Below the pieces are notes generated by a model. That model did not search any database, was not told where the DNA came from, and saw only the letters and a list, made by a program, of their open reading frames with translations. Shown in pieces: positions 62,326 through 64,000 of a stretch of DNA of 64,000 nt (position 1 is its first letter; the number at the start of each line of letters is the position of its first letter). The stretch is from an uncultured Chloroflexia bacterium (lineage in GTDB: Bacteria > Chloroflexota > UBA6077 > JACCZL01). The stretch is from contig CAVXYC010000020.1 of the NCBI GenBank assembly GCA_963765765.1, positions 640,001-704,000 on the forward strand, written 5' to 3'. The translations under genes were made by a program, and so were the position numbers.

Positions 62326-62928
62326 ATGCTCCCGATATCTTCATCCCGAGCGCTCAAGGAATGGGCCGTTGTCGTCCGTGCGCTCGAAGCCGGCCAGCAG
62401 ATCGTGATCCTGCGAAAAGGTGGGATCAGCGAAGTGGGCAACGAATTTCGAATCGAGTTTCCGGAGTTCCTCTTCTACCCGACGTACGAGCACCAGAAGG
62501 CCGACTCACTCATCACAGCATTCGTTCCCGCGCTAGAGCGAGCTCAGCGTGAAGCACCTGCGTCGGATCGTGTACGGATCGGCTCATTCGCGAGGGTCAC
62601 AGACAGCTTTGACATTCTCACCGAATCGCAAGTGAGCGCCCTTCGCCCCTACCATATCTGGAGCGATGCATACGCGCTAGACCGACTGCGCTGGCGGCCA
62701 ACCAAGCCGCTAGCGGCGCTGGCGCTGCGGGTGTATCGATTAGCTACTGAAGTAGAGCTTCCGTTCCAGCCGACCTACAGAGGCTGTACATCATGGGTCA
62801 CGTTGGAGCAGGAGATTGGGCTGGCAGGCGCCGAGCCGGTACTTACTGATGTGGAATACCAGCGTCAGACCACGGAGCTAAGCATCGCCCTGGGCGGCGT
62901 TGGAGTACTGGCGGAGCAGCGACAATGA
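62326..62928 (+). CDS. DUF1802 family protein
   Basis: ALKEW....AL..GQQIVILRKGGI, FLFYPTYEHQ, YHIW, LRVYRL, GC.SW. Confidence 0.85.
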   Translation: MLPISSSRALKEWAVVVRALEAGQQIVILRKGGISEVGNEFRIEFPEFLFYPTYEHQKADSLITAFVPALERAQREAPASDRVRIGSFARVTDSFDILTESQVSALRPYHIWSDAYALDRLRWRPTKPLAALALRVYRLATEVELPFQPTYRGCTSWVTLEQEIGLAGAEPVLTDVEYQRQTTELSIALGGVGVLAEQRQ

Positions 62929-63917
62929 AGTATCGAGAGATTGGTAAGTCCGGGGTTCAGGTCTCGGAGGTCGGCTTCGGTGTCTGGACCATCACCGCGG
63001 GATGGTGGGGACAGTTCACCGAGGACGAAGCGATCAACATGCTTCGTCGCGCGGCAGATCGCGGTATCACCTTCTTTGACACCGGCGACACCTACGGTGA
63101 CGGGGCCGGCGAGACCGTCCTCGCGAAAGCGTTTCGCGGCGAACGCGATCGGATCATCATTGGGACCAAGTTTGGTTACGACTGGTACAACGATCGCACG
63201 GATCGACCAGGACATCGTGAACGGGCGCAAGACTTCACTCCAGAATTTCTGCGATTCGCCATAGAGCAGAGCTTGAAGCGGCTGGAGACTGACTACATCG
63301 ACGTGTACCAGCTTCACAATCCTCGCATCGACGCGTTCCGACGCGATGACCTGTTTGTCGAGCTCGAGAAGCTTCGCGCCGAAGGGAAGATCCGCTCATA
63401 TGGTGCAGGGCTCGGCCCTGCAATAGCAGGAACGGAGCACGGGGCAGAGGCCATGCGGGCACGGCCGGAGATGTCATGCATCCAGATCATCTACAACATG
63501 CTGGAGCAAGAGCCCGGGCGACAGTTCATTGCACCCGCTCGCGAGCTTGGCATTGGCCTTCTCGTCCGCGTGCCGCATTCATCAGGCATGCTCGAAGGCA
63601 CGTACACGATGGAGACTACGTTCAGTGAAAATGATCACCGCAGCCATCGCTCACGCGAATGGCTGGTGAACGGACTTCAGAAGATCGAGCACCTGAAGTT
63701 TCTGCACGAAGGTCGCGGTATGACGCTCGCCCAGGCGTCAATCAAGTGGCTCCTCGCGGAGCCCGCGATTCCCTCTGTGCTGCCCAATATCTACAACTAC
63801 GAGCAGCTCGAAGAGTTCAGCGCCGCATCGGATCTACCAGACCTGACCGCTGAAGACCTGGAGAAGGTGGCGGCGCTGTACGACCACAACTTCTATCTGG
63901 AGCCGGCCCCGGCGTAG
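62925..63917 (+). CDS. Aldo/keto reductase
   Basis: VSEVGFG, GITFFDT.DTYG, TKFG, SLKRLETDYID.YQLH, YNMLEQ. Confidence 0.92.
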   Translation: MKYREIGKSGVQVSEVGFGVWTITAGWWGQFTEDEAINMLRRAADRGITFFDTGDTYGDGAGETVLAKAFRGERDRIIIGTKFGYDWYNDRTDRPGHRERAQDFTPEFLRFAIEQSLKRLETDYIDVYQLHNPRIDAFRRDDLFVELEKLRAEGKIRSYGAGLGPAIAGTEHGAEAMRARPEMSCIQIIYNMLEQEPGRQFIAPARELGIGLLVRVPHSSGMLEGTYTMETTFSENDHRSHRSREWLVNGLQKIEHLKFLHEGRGMTLAQASIKWLLAEPAIPSVLPNIYNYEQLEEFSAASDLPDLTAEDLEKVAALYDHNFYLEPAPA

Positions 63918-63923
63918 CGTTTT

Positions 63924-63975
63924 GGTGAGGGGGCTCGGTCTACCCTCACCTAACCCTCTCTCAATGAGAGAGGGG
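63924..63975. repeat. CCCTCACC/GAGAGGGG double-hairpin repeat
   Basis: GGTGAGGG/CCCTCACC and CCTCTCTCA/TGAGAGAGG hairpins after the AKR stop. Confidence 0.5.
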
Positions 63976-64000
63976 AATTAAGCCGAGGCCGCCGCCTTGC

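Noticed and set aside
1-64000. CRISPR array, tRNA and rRNA genes
   Set aside because: No regularly spaced 25-40-bp repeats, cloverleaf/T-loop patterns or rRNA signatures were seen by eye.

Overview
GC-rich bacterial chromosome segment. Gene content and sigma-factor architecture suggest a monoderm, Chloroflexota-like organism; this is inference only. About 20 otherwise intact genes are split by single frameshifts, most likely uncorrected long-read indels rather than true pseudogenes. In order, the window holds: a pentose-phosphate/glycolysis cluster (tkt end, HAD, tal, pgi, stand-alone DUF2090 aldolase-like, rpiA); a holin-domain/ABC1-kinase fusion; a cation:proton antiporter with a pseudoknot+terminator leader (candidate Na+ riboswitch); SRAP; RsbQ + PAS histidine kinase; MFS and RND efflux genes; L,D-transpeptidase; sodC; a decayed IS701; PrpD-family and citrate synthase genes; a group-2-like sigma-70; and a full cytochrome c maturation operon with a Cys-type CcmE. 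After ahbAB comes an ~11 kb integrase-less patchwork island (47990-59039) bounded by a 31-bp dyad-symmetric direct repeat. The window ends with cynS, a sulfotransferase, chdC, a cytochrome c, DUF1802 and an aldo-keto reductase. Several REP/REPIN-like palindromic repeat families are present. No rRNA, tRNA or CRISPR array was seen. All family calls come from motif recognition by eye; no database search was run.
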